Source of the DNA: Octopus sinensis
Taxonomy: Eukaryota
Direction: 5' to 3'
DNA length: 64,000 bases
Assembly (NCBI RefSeq): GCF_006345805.1
Contig: NC_043012.1
Location: forward strand, 41,912,001-41,976,000
The translations under genes were made by a program, and so were the position numbers. The first letter of the stretch is position 1; each line of letters opens with the position of its first letter. The notes under the pieces are model-generated. The model searched no databases, was not told the origin of the DNA, and worked only from the letters and a program-made list of their open reading frames with translations. Positions 15,146 to 29,060 of this stretch are shown here, one piece after another.

Positions 15146-15524
15146 TCAGGTGAATATATCCACGAATTAAACATTAGAAAAAATTCTTAAAAAATCCTAT
15201 TATATGCCATTTGATGACTCTCTGGCGAACTTCAGTCAGAGAGGAGAACCCTTTAGGGGATTGGAACGGGGGAGGGAAGCGAAAAGATGTTATAGCGGGA
15301 GGATGAATACAGCACAGGAGATGAAAATTTGGTATGGCGCTCTACCTCATAACAGATAAGGTTATTTTTAATCTGTAAATAGCTGGACGACAGAGTTCTG
15401 GCCAAAGAACTCATTAACAGATAATAGGAATCTACAGCCGGGAAATACATCATAATAAACATCCGTTGTGTACAAAGATAAAAAAAAAACATATAATAAT
15501 TATTTAAATTTTTTGTCACAAGGG

Positions 15525-15705
15525 CAGCAGCTGTGATGAGTCGATTACATCGATCCCAGTGTTTTTTGCTACTTATTTTATCGACACCGAAAAGAGGAAA
15601 GGCAAAGTCGACCTCTGCGAGATTTGAACTCAGATCGTAGCAGCAAAGGAAGTACCTATAAGCATTTCCCCAGGCATGCTAACGATTCTGTCAGCTCGCC
15701 GCCTT
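15525..15705 (-). mobile_element. SINE family A
   Basis: Reverse-complement similarity to the 2479-2690 copy. Confidence 0.7.
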
Positions 15706-16053
15706 TGAAAAAAAGGAACATATAATAATAAATCTTTTTTTTTTCCGCATGATTTAACAATTCTATTCATGTCCGTTCCTGAGTTGATGGATTTTAAATT
15801 TTCACGTTTATTTGTTTTGCAGGATTCCTGGTTTTAGATTGTTTCCGGTTTAATTATTTATATTGCTTATAAAATTTGCAATGTTTATTTATACAAATGT
15901 CATGTGCATATATATTATATGCGTGTGCGCGTGCGTGTATGTGCTACATACATATGTGTGTGTATGTGTGTGCGCGCGCGCGTGTGTATGTGTGTGTGTG
16001 TGTGCATGTATATCTGTTTGTTTGTTATTTATTTATTTGTTTCTCTTCCACAG

Positions 16054-16116
16054 CTCTTTTGGGACCAGAAAGAAAAGCAAAAACAACTTTATCAACGAGT
16101 TTCATTCCTCAAAGAG
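16054..16116 (+). CDS. Probable 63-nt symmetric exon of the myosin gene (loop-2 region; D-SFGTRKKSKNNFINEFHSSK-R)
   Basis: Strong acceptor ttctcttccacag| and donor |gtgagt. Phase 2-2 matches the preceding exon end and the frame is open. Basic residues fit loop 2. No conserved motif confirms it. Confidence 0.65.
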
Positions 16117-17222
16117 GTGAGTCCTTTGTCATATCATCGTCATCATCATCACCACCATCGAATGCATTATATTTATCTTCATCATCATCATCATCATCAT
16201 CTTTGTATTCCTTATCACCTTTCTATTTTGCAGATCGCACCCTTCATATCATCTCCCTCCCCTTACCATCACTTCCCACTATCCCATCGTCCCCTTGTAA
16301 TCCACGACCACTTCACTCATTCCATCCTTCCTTACGCTTTCGTGACTGCATCCACCCTCATCAAATCAGCTGAATCACCATCCACCAACCTCACCACTAC
16401 TTAGCATCATCGAAACGCCATATCAGATACAACTCTGCCCCACTGCAACTGACAGTTTTCTAAGCACTAATTCTCACGACATTATGACCACCACAGAAGA
16501 CGAGAGAGAGAGGAATGGCTTATACAGCAGTGTCCTAGTAGTGTCATCAGCAACCCTCTAGTGGTGTCCAGTGCTAATCTATTGACGTAAATGATGGCTT
16601 TCTGCTATTTGTAAAGCCTGCAGTGGTGTGGTTTTAGCTTCAGTGGAATTGTAGTGGCTTTCTAGTGGCTTTCTCTTGTAATAGGGAGCCACTGATCCTG
16701 GAGTAGTTCTCGTAGTATCAGTAAGAATCTGATGGTGTTATTGTAACTATAGTGATTTTGTTATTGAAGGAATAGTACAGTGCCACTAGTGGTATTATTA
16801 CGATCGTAGTAGTAGTATTGTAGCTGCGATTATGTTCTAGTTGGTGTAGTAGTGATGTAGTATCTACAGTGGTCTTTTAGTCAGTGCAGAAGTGTTGAGG
16901 TGACATTATACGCTTGCATTGACTATAATGTATTGGTGATTTCATGGTATCTTGGCGTCTGTTGAGTTGTAGAAGTGATGTAGAAGTTTTATGGTAATTA
17001 CAGTGTTTATATATATATAAACAGAAAAAAGATGTTGAAAATGCACTTGAGATTCATTTAGATGTTTTTATATGAATCGCAGTACACTTTCAACTTTTTC
17101 CTGTTTATCTCCTCATGTGGAATAAAATAACTATGTTTATATGTTTATATTTATATACTTACATACATACAATGGTTGGTTATAAATATATATATACAAA
17201 CTTACAGACATACAGGAGTTGG

Positions 17223-17302
<80 letters not shown>

Positions 17303-17388
17303 AAGGTGGAAAGGAACACACGAGTTGATATATATGAAAAAACAAGTCAAAAATAGAAAATGCTAAGATAATTTTATAGTGAATCTTT

Positions 17389-17426
17389 CAGTACCGGTTT
17401 CGGTCATTTTGAGACCTTTTCAACTG
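17389..17426 (-). ncRNA. Minimal type-I hammerhead, U3:A8 variant (left arm)
   Basis: Reverse complement: CAG-TTGAAAA-GGTC-TCAAAAT-GACC-GAA-ACCGGT-A-CTG. Confidence 0.6.
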
Positions 17427-17694
17427 TAACGATTAAATAATTAAATTTAGAAAAATTAGAAGAAAAGTTTTTTTTAAAGAATATTTCTATAGTAGTGTTC
17501 AGATATAAGTGGCATTCTGCCTTTCTCTGACTCCCTTGTTTGCACTTGTGTGTTCGAGGTCCCTCGAACACACAAGTGCAAACAAGGGAGTCAGAGAAAG
17601 GCAGAATGCCACTTAAATCTGAACACTACTATAGAAATATTCTTTTAAAAAAACTTTTCTTCTAATTTTTCTAAATTTAATTATTTAATCGTTA

Positions 17695-17732
17695 CAGTTG
17701 AAAAGGTCTCAAAATGACCGAAACCGGTACTG
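17695..17732 (+). ncRNA. Minimal type-I hammerhead, U3:A8 variant (right arm)
   Basis: CAG-TTGAAAA-GGTC-TCAAAAT-GACC-GAA-ACCGGT-A-CTG. All three stems pair and stem III is palindromic. Confidence 0.6.
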
Positions 17733-17780
17733 AAGATTCACTATAAAATTATCTTAGCATTTTCTATTTTTGACTTGTTT

Positions 17781-17849
<69 letters not shown>

Positions 17850-17864
17850 ATATAAAGCAGAGTG

Positions 17865-17916
<52 letters not shown>

Positions 17917-17943
17917 CAGTGGCAGCAGCAGCAGCAGTAGTAA

Positions 17944-17975
<32 letters not shown>

Positions 17976-18359
17976 TGAGGGGCATATCCTGTAACAATGC
18001 GTCGTTGCATCCACCATTTGTTGGTGATTCCATGTTAGTCCTGGCGATCGTGTCTGCAACAGCCGAACCACAAGGTCACTTGACTTCACTCCAGAATACA
18101 GAGGTTAAGTATTATTATTAGAGTGGTTATACAGAGAATATTACACTTCTATATTTATAAAAGTTTGTAGCCGTAGTTGTAGCCGTGGAGGTTGTTATAG
18201 TGATGTGGTTTATCTGCAAAGCTGTATGATAATAATGGATTGTCTCTTAGCTGTAGTGGGGGTCCTTGTGTTATGTAATTACCATATTTATAGTTGTAGT
18301 ATTATGAAGCCAAGAACTGTGGCAACGGCAGCGAGTTGACAAGTTTGTTACAGTGTCAA

Positions 18360-20930
18360 ATAGAAGGCCTTGCAGAATTCTTTCCGTCATTCCTTTTTAG
18401 CATTCCGTGTTCAAATTCCATCGAAGTCAACTTCGCCAGTCATCCTTTTTTCGTGGGTGTGGCCAATAAATAAAACATCAGCCAATAAGCCTCTTTCTTC
18501 TTCTTCTTCTTCTTCTTCTTCTTCTTCTTCTTCTTCTTCTTCTTCTTCTTCTTCTTCTTCTTCTTCTTCTTCTTCTTCTTCTTCTTCTTCTTCTTCGTCT
18601 TCTTCTTCTTCTTCTTCTCTTCTTCTTCTTCTTCTTCTTCGTCTTCTTCTTCTCCCCCCCCCTTTAGAAATCCATTTTGTTTACACCCAGAGAGGGATGG
18701 ACTTCGCTAGATGATTTAACATCCCAAAGCACGCCGTATATCCAGAGCACGTCAGGGGTTGAAAGCTTAAAGAAGGAAGAAGTTTTAGTGGTATGCAGTT
18801 TTATCAACAAAGATAGAGTTCTTGGTATGTAAGGAGCTGCAGTAATGGTTGTAGTAGCAGAATCGTTTTATTGGAGATCAACTGGCAGAATTGCTAGAGT
18901 GTAGGACGAAATGCCTTGCAATATTCGTTCTGGGTTTCTTCGATCTGTGTTCAAATCTCGTCGAGGTCAACTATGCATTTCATTCCTTCAAGGTACCAGT
19001 CGAAGGCGATGAATTTAAGAATTGTTAGGACAGTAGAAGGGATACCTTGTGGTATTTAATCCTGCTCTTTTCGTATGGGCTTTTAAGCATTAAACTTGGT
19101 TTGTAGGTTGGCTGACTGTTTGGTCTCTCCGCTCACGCTTTATCCGGTACATAACCACTACACTTAATCCGTCATTCGGCTATATGCGTATTGTTATAAA
19201 CCGAGTACATTTTGCGAAGTTCACTCAGCTAATGTGCCACTCTGCTGGGTGTCTTTAGCGGGGGTCACTCAGCTAATGTGCCATTCTGCTGGATGCATTT
19301 AACGGGATTCACTCTGTTACAAGCATGAGGTTCAGGCCACTGCTTTGAGGATAACTTCTTCCCTCTCACCCACCATCTCAGAAGCCCTAAGTAAGCGGTA
19401 AAAATCTACGGAACTGCAGTGTTGAATTATCTGCGGATTTGCATGGATTATTGTAGTGTTATTTCTTCATCGTTCAACTGTAAAAGGCACACAACCACCT
19501 CCCTCCCCTACTCAATTCTAGGTGCCATGCTTTGCCCATCAGCCGCATTTGAATCCCTTGGCAGAATATGATCTCAGAACGCAAAGAGCCGGAACCGTTA
19601 TACCGCAAGGCATTTCGTCCGATGATTCGCCAATCCTGAATTGGTACTTTATTTATCGAACTACGAAAAATGAGAAGTTAAAGTTGGTTTCGGCATGTTA
19701 CACCACAGCATTGAATCCGACGCCCTAACGACTGTTCCAGTTCATCGATTATAAAACTTGGCTGCCACCACAACTAACACTACTACCGTGTATATATTAC
19801 GTTTCTCCGCAGCAGACCCGATGGCTCTATGCATTAGCTTCTATAGTTCCAGGGTTGTCACAACAGCTCTATACACGAATAAACTAAAGCCTTTACCCGT
19901 TGGTTTCGATGCGGACGATTCAGTTCGAAATTTTTGCAATGTGGCAAGGCTTTCGGACACAACCTCACTTCCGTAACGTGGAGGACGACGACAGTGATTC
20001 TATTAATACTGCTTCTAACATAGATACAAGGCCAGAAATTACGGGATATAGTGTGTATGAGGAGGTGGTGGTGGTGGTGGTGGTGGTGGGTAGTCTATTA
20101 TATCAACCCCAGATTTGACTTGAAGTTTATTTTATTGACCCCGGGAGAATGAAAGGCAAATTAGACTGTGTGCGGAATATAAAGAGCCGGGACAGACACC
20201 GAAAATTATTTTTTAGCAATAAGAAATCGGGAGTACACAATAATGAATATTAAACTTTATTATCTTCAAGTTCTTCGTGAGGGAGGGTTATGAATTGTTT
20301 TATCCTAGTTTCCCGCCGCAATAAATCAATAAAATGTTTCCTTACGAGAAACTCAGAAGAAACTGATTGATGTTAAAAAAAAAAAAAAAAAAAAGAACTA
20401 TCACATCTCCGTTAGATTGAATATAAACAAAAGCGAATATATGTTCGTTTTTGTTTATGGCTAAAGTATGGGATGGAAGGCAAGCAGCTATGACCTTTTG
20501 ATAGCAACCATGACCTCTGATAGTAGTGGAAGTGGGAGGATAAGGTGTAGTGAGAAACACGTGACTCGTGTGTTTCCGTAGCAGGGAGTGCTATATTATC
20601 TATCTTCTGAACTAAGAATTAAGACCTGAACTGAATCGTGAAGGAGAAAAGGGATTAACCGTTCACGTAATCCCATCGCTAGCGCGTCAGACGAAAAGTT
20701 TAGCAGAATCACTTCCGACTCCTTACGTTCAGAGTTCAAATTCTGCCGAAGTTAACTTTTCCTTTGATGACGGCAAACTGGCAGAATCGTTGGCACGCCG
20801 GACAAAATGTTCTGCGACATCTGTTCCGGCTTTTAGTTTAAATCCCATTGAGGTCAAGTTTGCCTTTCATCTCTTTGAAAGTTCGATAAAATAAAGTACC
20901 AGTTATGTCGTGGGGTCGATAGAATTAACT
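18360..20930. mobile_element. Several decayed family A SINE fragments (about 18360-18490 +, 18870-18995 +, 19500-19740 -, 20090-20215 -, 20700-20930 +)
   Basis: Recurring GTTCAAAT..GAGGTCAACTT and TGGCAGAAT motifs. Boundaries approximate. Confidence 0.6.
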
Positions 20931-21570
20931 TGCTGCACTTGAATTCTGCAGCGAACAGGCATCGTCTTATTCAGAGGGAATATGGCGACCTGGGTCACCT
21001 ACCAGCGAAACTGAGTATCTGGCTTCGGAAGCCTTATCGCTTCAGGAAAAAAACAATCGTTCTTAAGAATTCCTTCAATACTAGCAGCATTACTTCCCTT
21101 GTCTCCATTACTCTTACATATATGAAGGGAAACAAATACCAACGAGTTAGCCTCTGTATGTTCGTAGATAGAAACAGCAGCTAAATCTGTCCTTCAAACG
21201 ATACATCCACAGTCTTAATGGGTTCTTGTATTTGTACAACGTTAGAAATTTGTGGATAGAGGAAAGAATAATCGATAATATCAACTGCAGTATCTTTACT
21301 TTATCAACACTGAAGGATGAAAGGTAAAACCACCTTTGAAGAAAAGCAAAAATCTTAGCAGGATAAGATACGACCATCAAAATCCTAAAAGGAAATGTAT
21401 AACATTAATCCTAGATTTCCTTCAAAAAGACACTATATTCAGGGATGGAATTTCTTTGACATTAAATAAGCTCGATCAGGACTGATTTTGAGGCTAAATC
21501 ATCAAGAGTAACAACAAATTTTATCTACCTTATAATGCACCAGAAGAAGGAAAGACCAAGCCTTAAATAA

Positions 21571-22213
21571 GACTCCGAAGACAAGCTAACTCTCAAACGA
21601 AAGCCAAGACTCCGAAGACAAGCTAACTCTCAAACGAAAGCAAAGACTCCGAAGACAAGCTAACTCTCAGACGAAAGCCAAGACTCCGAAGACAAGCTAA
21701 CTCACAACCGAAAGCAAAGACTCCGAAGACAAGCTAACTCTCAAACGAAAGCCAGGACTCCGAAGACAAGCTAACTCTCAGACGAAAGCAAAGACTCTGA
21801 AGTCAAGCTAACTCTCAAACGAAAGCCAAGACTCCGAAGACAAGCTAACTCTCAAACGAAAGCCAAGACTCCGAAGATAAGCTAACTCTCAGACGAAAGC
21901 AAAGACTCCGAAGACAAGCTAACTCTCAGACGAAAGCCAAGACTCCGAAGACAAGCTAACTTTCAGACGAAAGCAAAGACTCCGAAGACAAGCTAACTCT
22001 CAGACGAAAGCCAAGACTCCGAAGACAAGCTAACTTTCAGACGAAAGCAAAGACTCCGAAGACAAGCTAACTCTCAGACGAAAGCAAAGACTCCGAAGAC
22101 AAGCTAACTCTCAAACGAAAGCCAAGACTCCGAAGACAAGCTAACTCTCAGACGAAAGCAAAGACTCCGAAGACAAGCTAACTCTCAGACGAAAGCCAAG
22201 GCTCCGAAGACAA
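21571..22213. repeat. 37-bp minisatellite, 17 full copies plus a partial copy
   Basis: Unit GACTCCGAAGACAAGCTAACTCTCA(A/G)ACGAAAGC(C/A)AA. Unit starts at 21571, 21608, 21645 ... 22163 (=21571+16x37). No spacers. Confidence 0.95.
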
Positions 22214-23766
22214 ACGAAAAGCCATAACAAGCCAAACAAAAAGAGGCCACAAGATAATCTGGATCTCGTATAATAAAAAAGTTTATAAATTTTCCTTCTA
22301 AGCCTTCTCTACGTTCATCGTAACTAAAGAAGAATGTTCTTGAATTGCGAATCAAATGATTGTGTGCTTCTTCCAAAGGGCAGTCCAACTAATAGTTGCA
22401 TGATGTGTCATTCAATAAATACAGATTTTGAGTAAAGTGTCCGGATATCTGAAAGGTACCCGGGGTGTTTGAAGTTAGACAAATGTCGATGTTGTCAATA
22501 CGTCCAGCCGGTACCATCTATTAAGCTCCTCCTACATTTTTTCAGTAATGTCAACTTTTTTCGACAATTTCAACAGAGTTGTTCAACACTCGTTAAACAA
22601 CTTCACATCTTTTTCTCTTTCATCTCTCTCTCTCTCTGTCACTCTCCCCACTCTTTCTCTCTCTCTTCCCTCCTTCTCTCTCTCCCGCTCTCTCTCTCTC
22701 TCCCACCCTCTTTCTCTCCCTTTCTTCCTTCCCTGAAATATTTTCTCCTTCCTACACATTTATTGACTCATACTATATCTGTCAACTGTTATCTATCTAT
22801 CTTCTCCTCACTCTCACCCTCTCTCTCTCAGTCTCTCTCTTTCCCTTCTCATTTCAAGTCTTAAACCAACACAATTTTTCTTTCTTTTATATATACATTC
22901 TCACTCACTCTCTTCTCTATACCCCCCTCTCTCTGTTAACTTCCTTTTCTCGTTATCACAAACTTTAACTTATGTTATTCTTATTCTTACCCTGGCTCTC
23001 TCTGTCTTTCCCTCTTCACTCACAATCTTCCTTTCACTCACGCTCTCTTATACATTCAAACACACACGCATTCTCTCTCTCTCTCTCTCTTCTCTCCTTT
23101 TCTCTCTCTCTCTCTCTCAATATTTTTCTTTTCTCACTCACCCCTTTTTACTTCATGTCATCTTACCGACTTCTTCCTACTCCTCTCAATAAAGTAGATC
23201 GATCAATCGATCTACCATTATTTCTATTTTCTTGTCACCATCATTTTCTCATTCAGTCACACACACACACAACCATTTCCTCCCTCTCCTTACCATTCTC
23301 TCCTCCTCTCCCTACACATCACCAAGTTTTTTCTTTCTTTTATCTTTTGTTTTAGTTTCCCCTTTGCATTTATTTATTTTTCGTGTGTGATTTTTTCTAC
23401 ACCCCACCACTCACATACACACATTTTTTTCTCAGAAACACGTACGCACGCGTTTACGCACACATCCAAATGCATACATATAAACACATACATGTATGTA
23501 GGCATGTTGCATATGCATATATATATCCGTATACATATACACGCATGAGTCTGCGTGCATGTATATATATGTATATATGAATGTAAGTGTGCATATGGCT
23601 GTATACACGCACGCACACACACAAACAAACACAGACACATCAAGAATCCTCATTAACATTAAACATGGTGGATTTTCGTAGGTGTTTTATTATCATTGTT
23701 GTTGATGTTGCTGTTGTTGTTGCTCCTGTTAAGCCCTAGGCCGTTCGACTTTGCCTTCATCAGTCT

Positions 23767-23807
<41 letters not shown>

Positions 23808-23976
23808 ACTACTATTGAATAAAAAAAGTCTGTAATGTGATCAGAGGGCATTAATGAATATAAATGAATATTAATAATGATGGTAAGGATTTTGATAATT
23901 GTAGTGATACTGGTGATGACGACTTTACTATTGGTCATGTGATCCGTTGCATTCCACCTTTCTCACTCAGATACTA

Positions 23977-24082
<106 letters not shown>

Positions 24083-24128
24083 CACGCGTACATACATCGA
24101 CATATATACATATATATACATATGTGCA

Positions 24129-24685
24129 TACACGAGTGTAATTCAAAAAGTAATGCCATTTTGTTTAGGACAGGTATATTTACCAACACAGGAACATGTA
24201 TCATACATCAAAATGAAGCTGGTCCTCTGTGGATCACATCCCTACTTCTCAACATAGTCATCGTTTCTCTCAATAGCAATATTCCACCTTCGAATCAGAG
24301 CATGTATCCCTGCCCCGTAAAATTCTGTTGGCTGTTCTTTGAGCCACTTCTTCACTACAGTTTCCACTTCCTCGTCACTGGAATAATGTTTGATTCTCAA
24401 ATTCTCTTTCATTGGGCCGAAGAGATGATAGTCTGAAGGCGCTAAATTATTCCAATGACGAGGAAGTGAAAACTGTAGTGAAGAAGTGGCTCAAAGAACA
24501 GCCAACAGAATTTTAAGAGGTAGGGATACATGCTCTGATTCGAAGGTGGAACATTGCTATTTAGAGAAACGGTGACTATGTTGAGAAGTCGGGATGTGAC
24601 CCACAGAGGACCAGCTTCATTTTGATGTATGATACATGTTCCTGTGTTAGTAAATATACCTGTACTAAAAAAATGGCATTACTTT
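24129..24685. mobile_element. Mariner-derived foldback built from two inverted right ends (~250-bp arms, 58-bp spacer)
   Basis: Arms 24129-24387 and 24446-24685 are reverse complements. Each encodes the decayed transposase C-terminus YSNDEEVKTVVKKWLKEQP.EF..GIHALIRRW...NGDYVEK. TA at the ends. Confidence 0.85.
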
Positions 24686-24886
24686 TTGACTCGTATATAT
24701 CATTATAGACATTTAACTATCATATATACATGCATACACATACATAAATATAATGTAAGCATATGTATATATGTATATGTATATATATATATGTATATAT
24801 GTATGTATGTATATATATATGTATGTATGTATATATATATATATATGTATGTATATATATAATATATGTATGTATGTATATATATG

Positions 24887-24917
<31 letters not shown>

Positions 24918-24922
24918 GCATG

Positions 24923-24969
<47 letters not shown>

Positions 24970-25083
24970 TCTTGTTGCTTATTTTGATTATAATCACCCC
25001 CTGGATTTATATGGATAACACCATACACGATTGTGGTCCATCCAACTCAAGTACCATATTCATTTGAATCTAATTTTGATGAA

Positions 25084-25157
<74 letters not shown>

Positions 25158-25336
25158 TATATATATATATGTATGTATGTATGTATGAATATATATATAT
25201 GTATATATATGTATGTATATATATATATGTATATATATATGTATATATATGTATGTGTATGTATACATATATATACATACACATATATATATAGTGTATG
25301 TATATACATATATATATATATGTATATATATGTATT

Positions 25337-25375
<39 letters not shown>

Positions 25376-25413
25376 TTATGTAAAAATGTATGTATATTTA
25401 TTTATATTATATA

Positions 25414-25470
<57 letters not shown>

Positions 25471-25559
25471 ATGTATCTATGTATATATACATATATAAGT
25501 GCATATGTTTAATAAAAATATGTAAATATATAGACGGATATGCATACATACATACATAT

Positions 25560-25685
25560 AACCACAAGGTTCCGGGTTCAGTCTCACTGCTTCGCACTTG
25601 CCCAAAGTGCCTTCTACTATAGTCCGGCCCGATCAAAGCCTTGTTAGTGGATTTGGTAGATGGAAACTGAAAGAAGCCTGTCGTA

Positions 25686-25727
<42 letters not shown>

Positions 25728-25774
25728 TACGACAGGCTTCTTTCAGTTATAATATATATATATATATATATATA

Positions 25775-25806
<32 letters not shown>

Positions 25807-26040
25807 ATGACAGGCTTATATATGTGTGTCTGTCCGGATTTGTCCCCGCACCTCATCACTGCTTTACAACCAGTTTTGGTGTGTTTATGTCCACGTACCT
25901 AGTGGTTCGGCAAAAGAGATTGATAGAATAAGTACTAGGCTTTAGAAACAAGTATTAGGGTCGATTAATTCGGCTATAAAAACATTCAAGCGATGCTCCA
26001 TTATGGCCGCAGTCAAATGACTGAAACAAGTAAAAGATAA
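25560..26040 (+). mobile_element. Composite SINE family B with internal SSRs
   Basis: Head GGTTCCGGGTTCAGT..GAAACTGAAAGAAGCC and tail GGTTCGGCAAAAGAGA..GGCCGCAGTCAAATGACTGAAAC match 59087-59470. Confidence 0.7.
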
Positions 26041-26159
26041 ACGATACACACACACATACACAATAACTTAACTTTGATATGTTTCGACCGAAGATTGGAC
26101 CAGGCTATGTCTAACTTAAGAGCATTAACTGATGTGTGGTGTGTGTGTGTGTGTGTGTG

Positions 26160-26196
<37 letters not shown>

Positions 26197-26790
26197 TATA
26201 CATACTTCCAATGCATTTATAATCATATATATAGAATGCTTAGGTATGCTCTGTATAAATTTAAAATATAAACGTGTTTGTGTGTATAAATCTACACGTG
26301 TCATACTAACACCATCACCACCAGTATTTCTGCACTCAGCGGAAAACCTGACACACGCCGAAACAATCACCACCACCACCACTACTGCTGCTCCTATCAC
26401 CCTAATCACTACTACCACTCCCACAACCGGAATAATTACGACCACCACCACCACCTTCACCCAGCACCACCACCACCACCCTCATTACTACCACCACACT
26501 CATACTACAACAGCAGCAACAGCAACAAACCCGACGACTTATCATTACTGTCATTAAACACAGTCAAAGATCAAACAGTTGTGTGTAAACAGCAACCATA
26601 AGACACAGGTGCCCAAAACAAGTGAAGCTTTCGAGAGACGCTGCGATTTGAAACCGAGGTACTTCAGTTTATATACAAGCATAAATATATAATAAATATA
26701 TACACACATACCACACAACATACATTACATACATACATACATACATCCATACCTACTACATACATACATACATACATAAATATACATACA

Positions 26791-26831
<41 letters not shown>

Positions 26832-26837
26832 TGTATA

Positions 26838-26889
<52 letters not shown>

Positions 26890-27149
26890 TGAATATCAAT
26901 GCGTGTGAGGAATGTATATATTTTGCTTAAAGGAACACCATCAGAAACACTGTCTGCCAGAATGGATGTGAAGAATATAACAAAGACATGTCTATGGATT
27001 ACCCCGTATTGGAGATTACGATATTAAGATAATCCCTTGGATTCTACTGACGATACTATCATTTATATTACTTTGTTCTTTATTTGAGAGTGTATATATC
27101 TTTATTTGTTTTTATACATACATACCAAGTTAATATATATAATCTTTAC

Positions 27150-27204
<55 letters not shown>

Positions 27205-27463
27205 CACTTACATATAAATACGCACGCGCACACACACATATACATATATATATATATATATATACATATATAAATATTCTAACAGAAATTCGGAGAAAAA
27301 AACCGTGAAAGAAACCAAACAAACAGTTGGACAATTTTAGGGTAAGTTGCTCATAAATATTTTATTGGAAACTAATCAATTGCTTTCTTTCTTCCTTTTT
27401 GTACATACATTTATATGTGTGTATTATAGATATAAATCTGTGTGCGTACTTCATTAAGTTATG

Positions 27464-27500
<37 letters not shown>

Positions 27501-27619
27501 CAACACATATATAAATAAATATAATATATATATATGTATATATATATATGTATATATATATATGTATATATATATATATGTGTATATATATATTATATAT
27601 ATATATATAATAATATATA

Positions 27620-27673
<54 letters not shown>

Positions 27674-27786
27674 CATATATATATCAGAGTAAGCTCATAA
27701 ATGTGAAACAAGGTGGGAAAAAAGTACTCGAAAACCGGAGGTAGAATAATATGCTTTATTAATAAAGCTGCAACGACAAAACCAAG

Positions 27787-27826
27787 ACTCTCCGACGAAC
27801 GGTAACATGAAACTCTGAGTAACAGT
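27787..27826 (+). ncRNA. Degenerate hammerhead, relative of the 32137 motif
   Basis: ACTCT-CCGACGA-ACG-GTAA-CAT-GAA-ACTCTGAGT-A-ACAGT. U4->C change and an extra base in stem III, so probably inactive. Confidence 0.45.
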
Positions 27827-27876
27827 TTTTGTGATGTCTTTGCAGCTGTTATTAAGAAAGTGTGTGTGTGTGTGTG

Positions 27877-27909
<33 letters not shown>

Positions 27910-27932
27910 CGAGAGAGAGAGAGAGAGAGAGC

Positions 27933-27982
<50 letters not shown>

Positions 27983-27998
27983 GATTGATAGATAAATG

Positions 27999-28056
<58 letters not shown>

Positions 28057-28798
28057 CGAACGTGTATAAGTGTAGTGTAGTAAGCACAAGTACCTATTAC
28101 AAAGGAACACAGTACCCTCTGCATTTCCTACCGTATTGATTTTACGGAAGCCATTAAACTGTTCCATGCTAGATTTGTCCCTGATGGAAACCTTCGGAGC
28201 GACCCTTCCACCTGGTTTAGATACATATGCGTGCGCATGGATGCATGTACGTTCCTCGCTGTGCTTGAGTGCGTGTGTGAGAGTGGCTGCAGATAATAGC
28301 TACGTTGGATTAGGATTTCGTAATAAACGCATTCAAAATTCTTCTGAACACAAGATACTCCTCACTAAAAGTGGTCAGCAAATTCAAATTTGATTTCAAT
28401 AATTAAAGGTTCATGTTTGTCTGCATGAAATGGGAAAACTGGAGGTCATTAGCTGTGTATGTAGGGAGGGGGGTGCGTGCCTGCGTGCGTGTGTATGTAT
28501 GTATATATGTTTTTTATATATTCATTTCTGTATATATGCTGCTCCAAGAAACATTTCATAGAAACTCTGGGACGCATCATCAGTTATGCTTTTGGAGGTC
28601 TTTGAAGATTACGGGTTCTGTCCTCATCATCAGCCTTCCTCCCCTTAGCTGACCTCGCCAAGACCGGAATTAATCTCAGTAGCAGCTCCTTGCATCTCTG
28701 TAGCAGCAAACCACCGCTGTAGCCAATTCAGCTATAGCTTTCTAGTGGCCATATGTGCATTTGTACTTATACACACACACACACACACTCCCCCCCCC

Positions 28799-28837
<39 letters not shown>

Positions 28838-28959
28838 GGTGGTTGTCTTCTCCTTATGCAGAGTTTGACCACCTCTTGTACTTACTCCTTAGATCCATCA
28901 TACATTGTCTAGCTTTTTAAACCAGACAATGTATTGTTGCATATCTGATTTGGACCACC

Positions 28960-29060
28960 AAGAGCTGCAGTTAAGATCTGATCTTTGTGGACCTTAAAAC
29001 GCCTTTGAGGCCTCCGTTAGGTTTGCAGACCTTCTGGCATACACGGCATTGAACAGATAG
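28960..29060 (-). mobile_element. Possible LINE (RTE-like) C-terminal zinc-finger remnant
   Basis: CRVCQKVCKPNGGLK then a frameshift to R.KVH, resembling CxxCx3Cx4GLxxHxRxH tails. Confidence 0.35.

Larger units (their letters stand above)
17328..17793. mobile_element. Near-perfect foldback element (~232-bp arms, 2-nt loop at 17560-17561) beside (TA)n; hammerhead in each arm; Penelope-like derivative
   Basis: The arms are reverse complements with only a few mismatches/indels seen. Centre TGTTCGAGG-TC-CCTCGAACA. Confidence 0.85.

Noticed and set aside
15207-15260. Hammerhead-like TTGATGA plus a strong hairpin
   Set aside because: There is no correctly placed GAA-A..UH or stem I.
21571-22213. 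CRISPR array (37-bp repeats)
   Set aside because: The units are contiguous with no unique spacers, there are no cas genes, and the context is eukaryotic.
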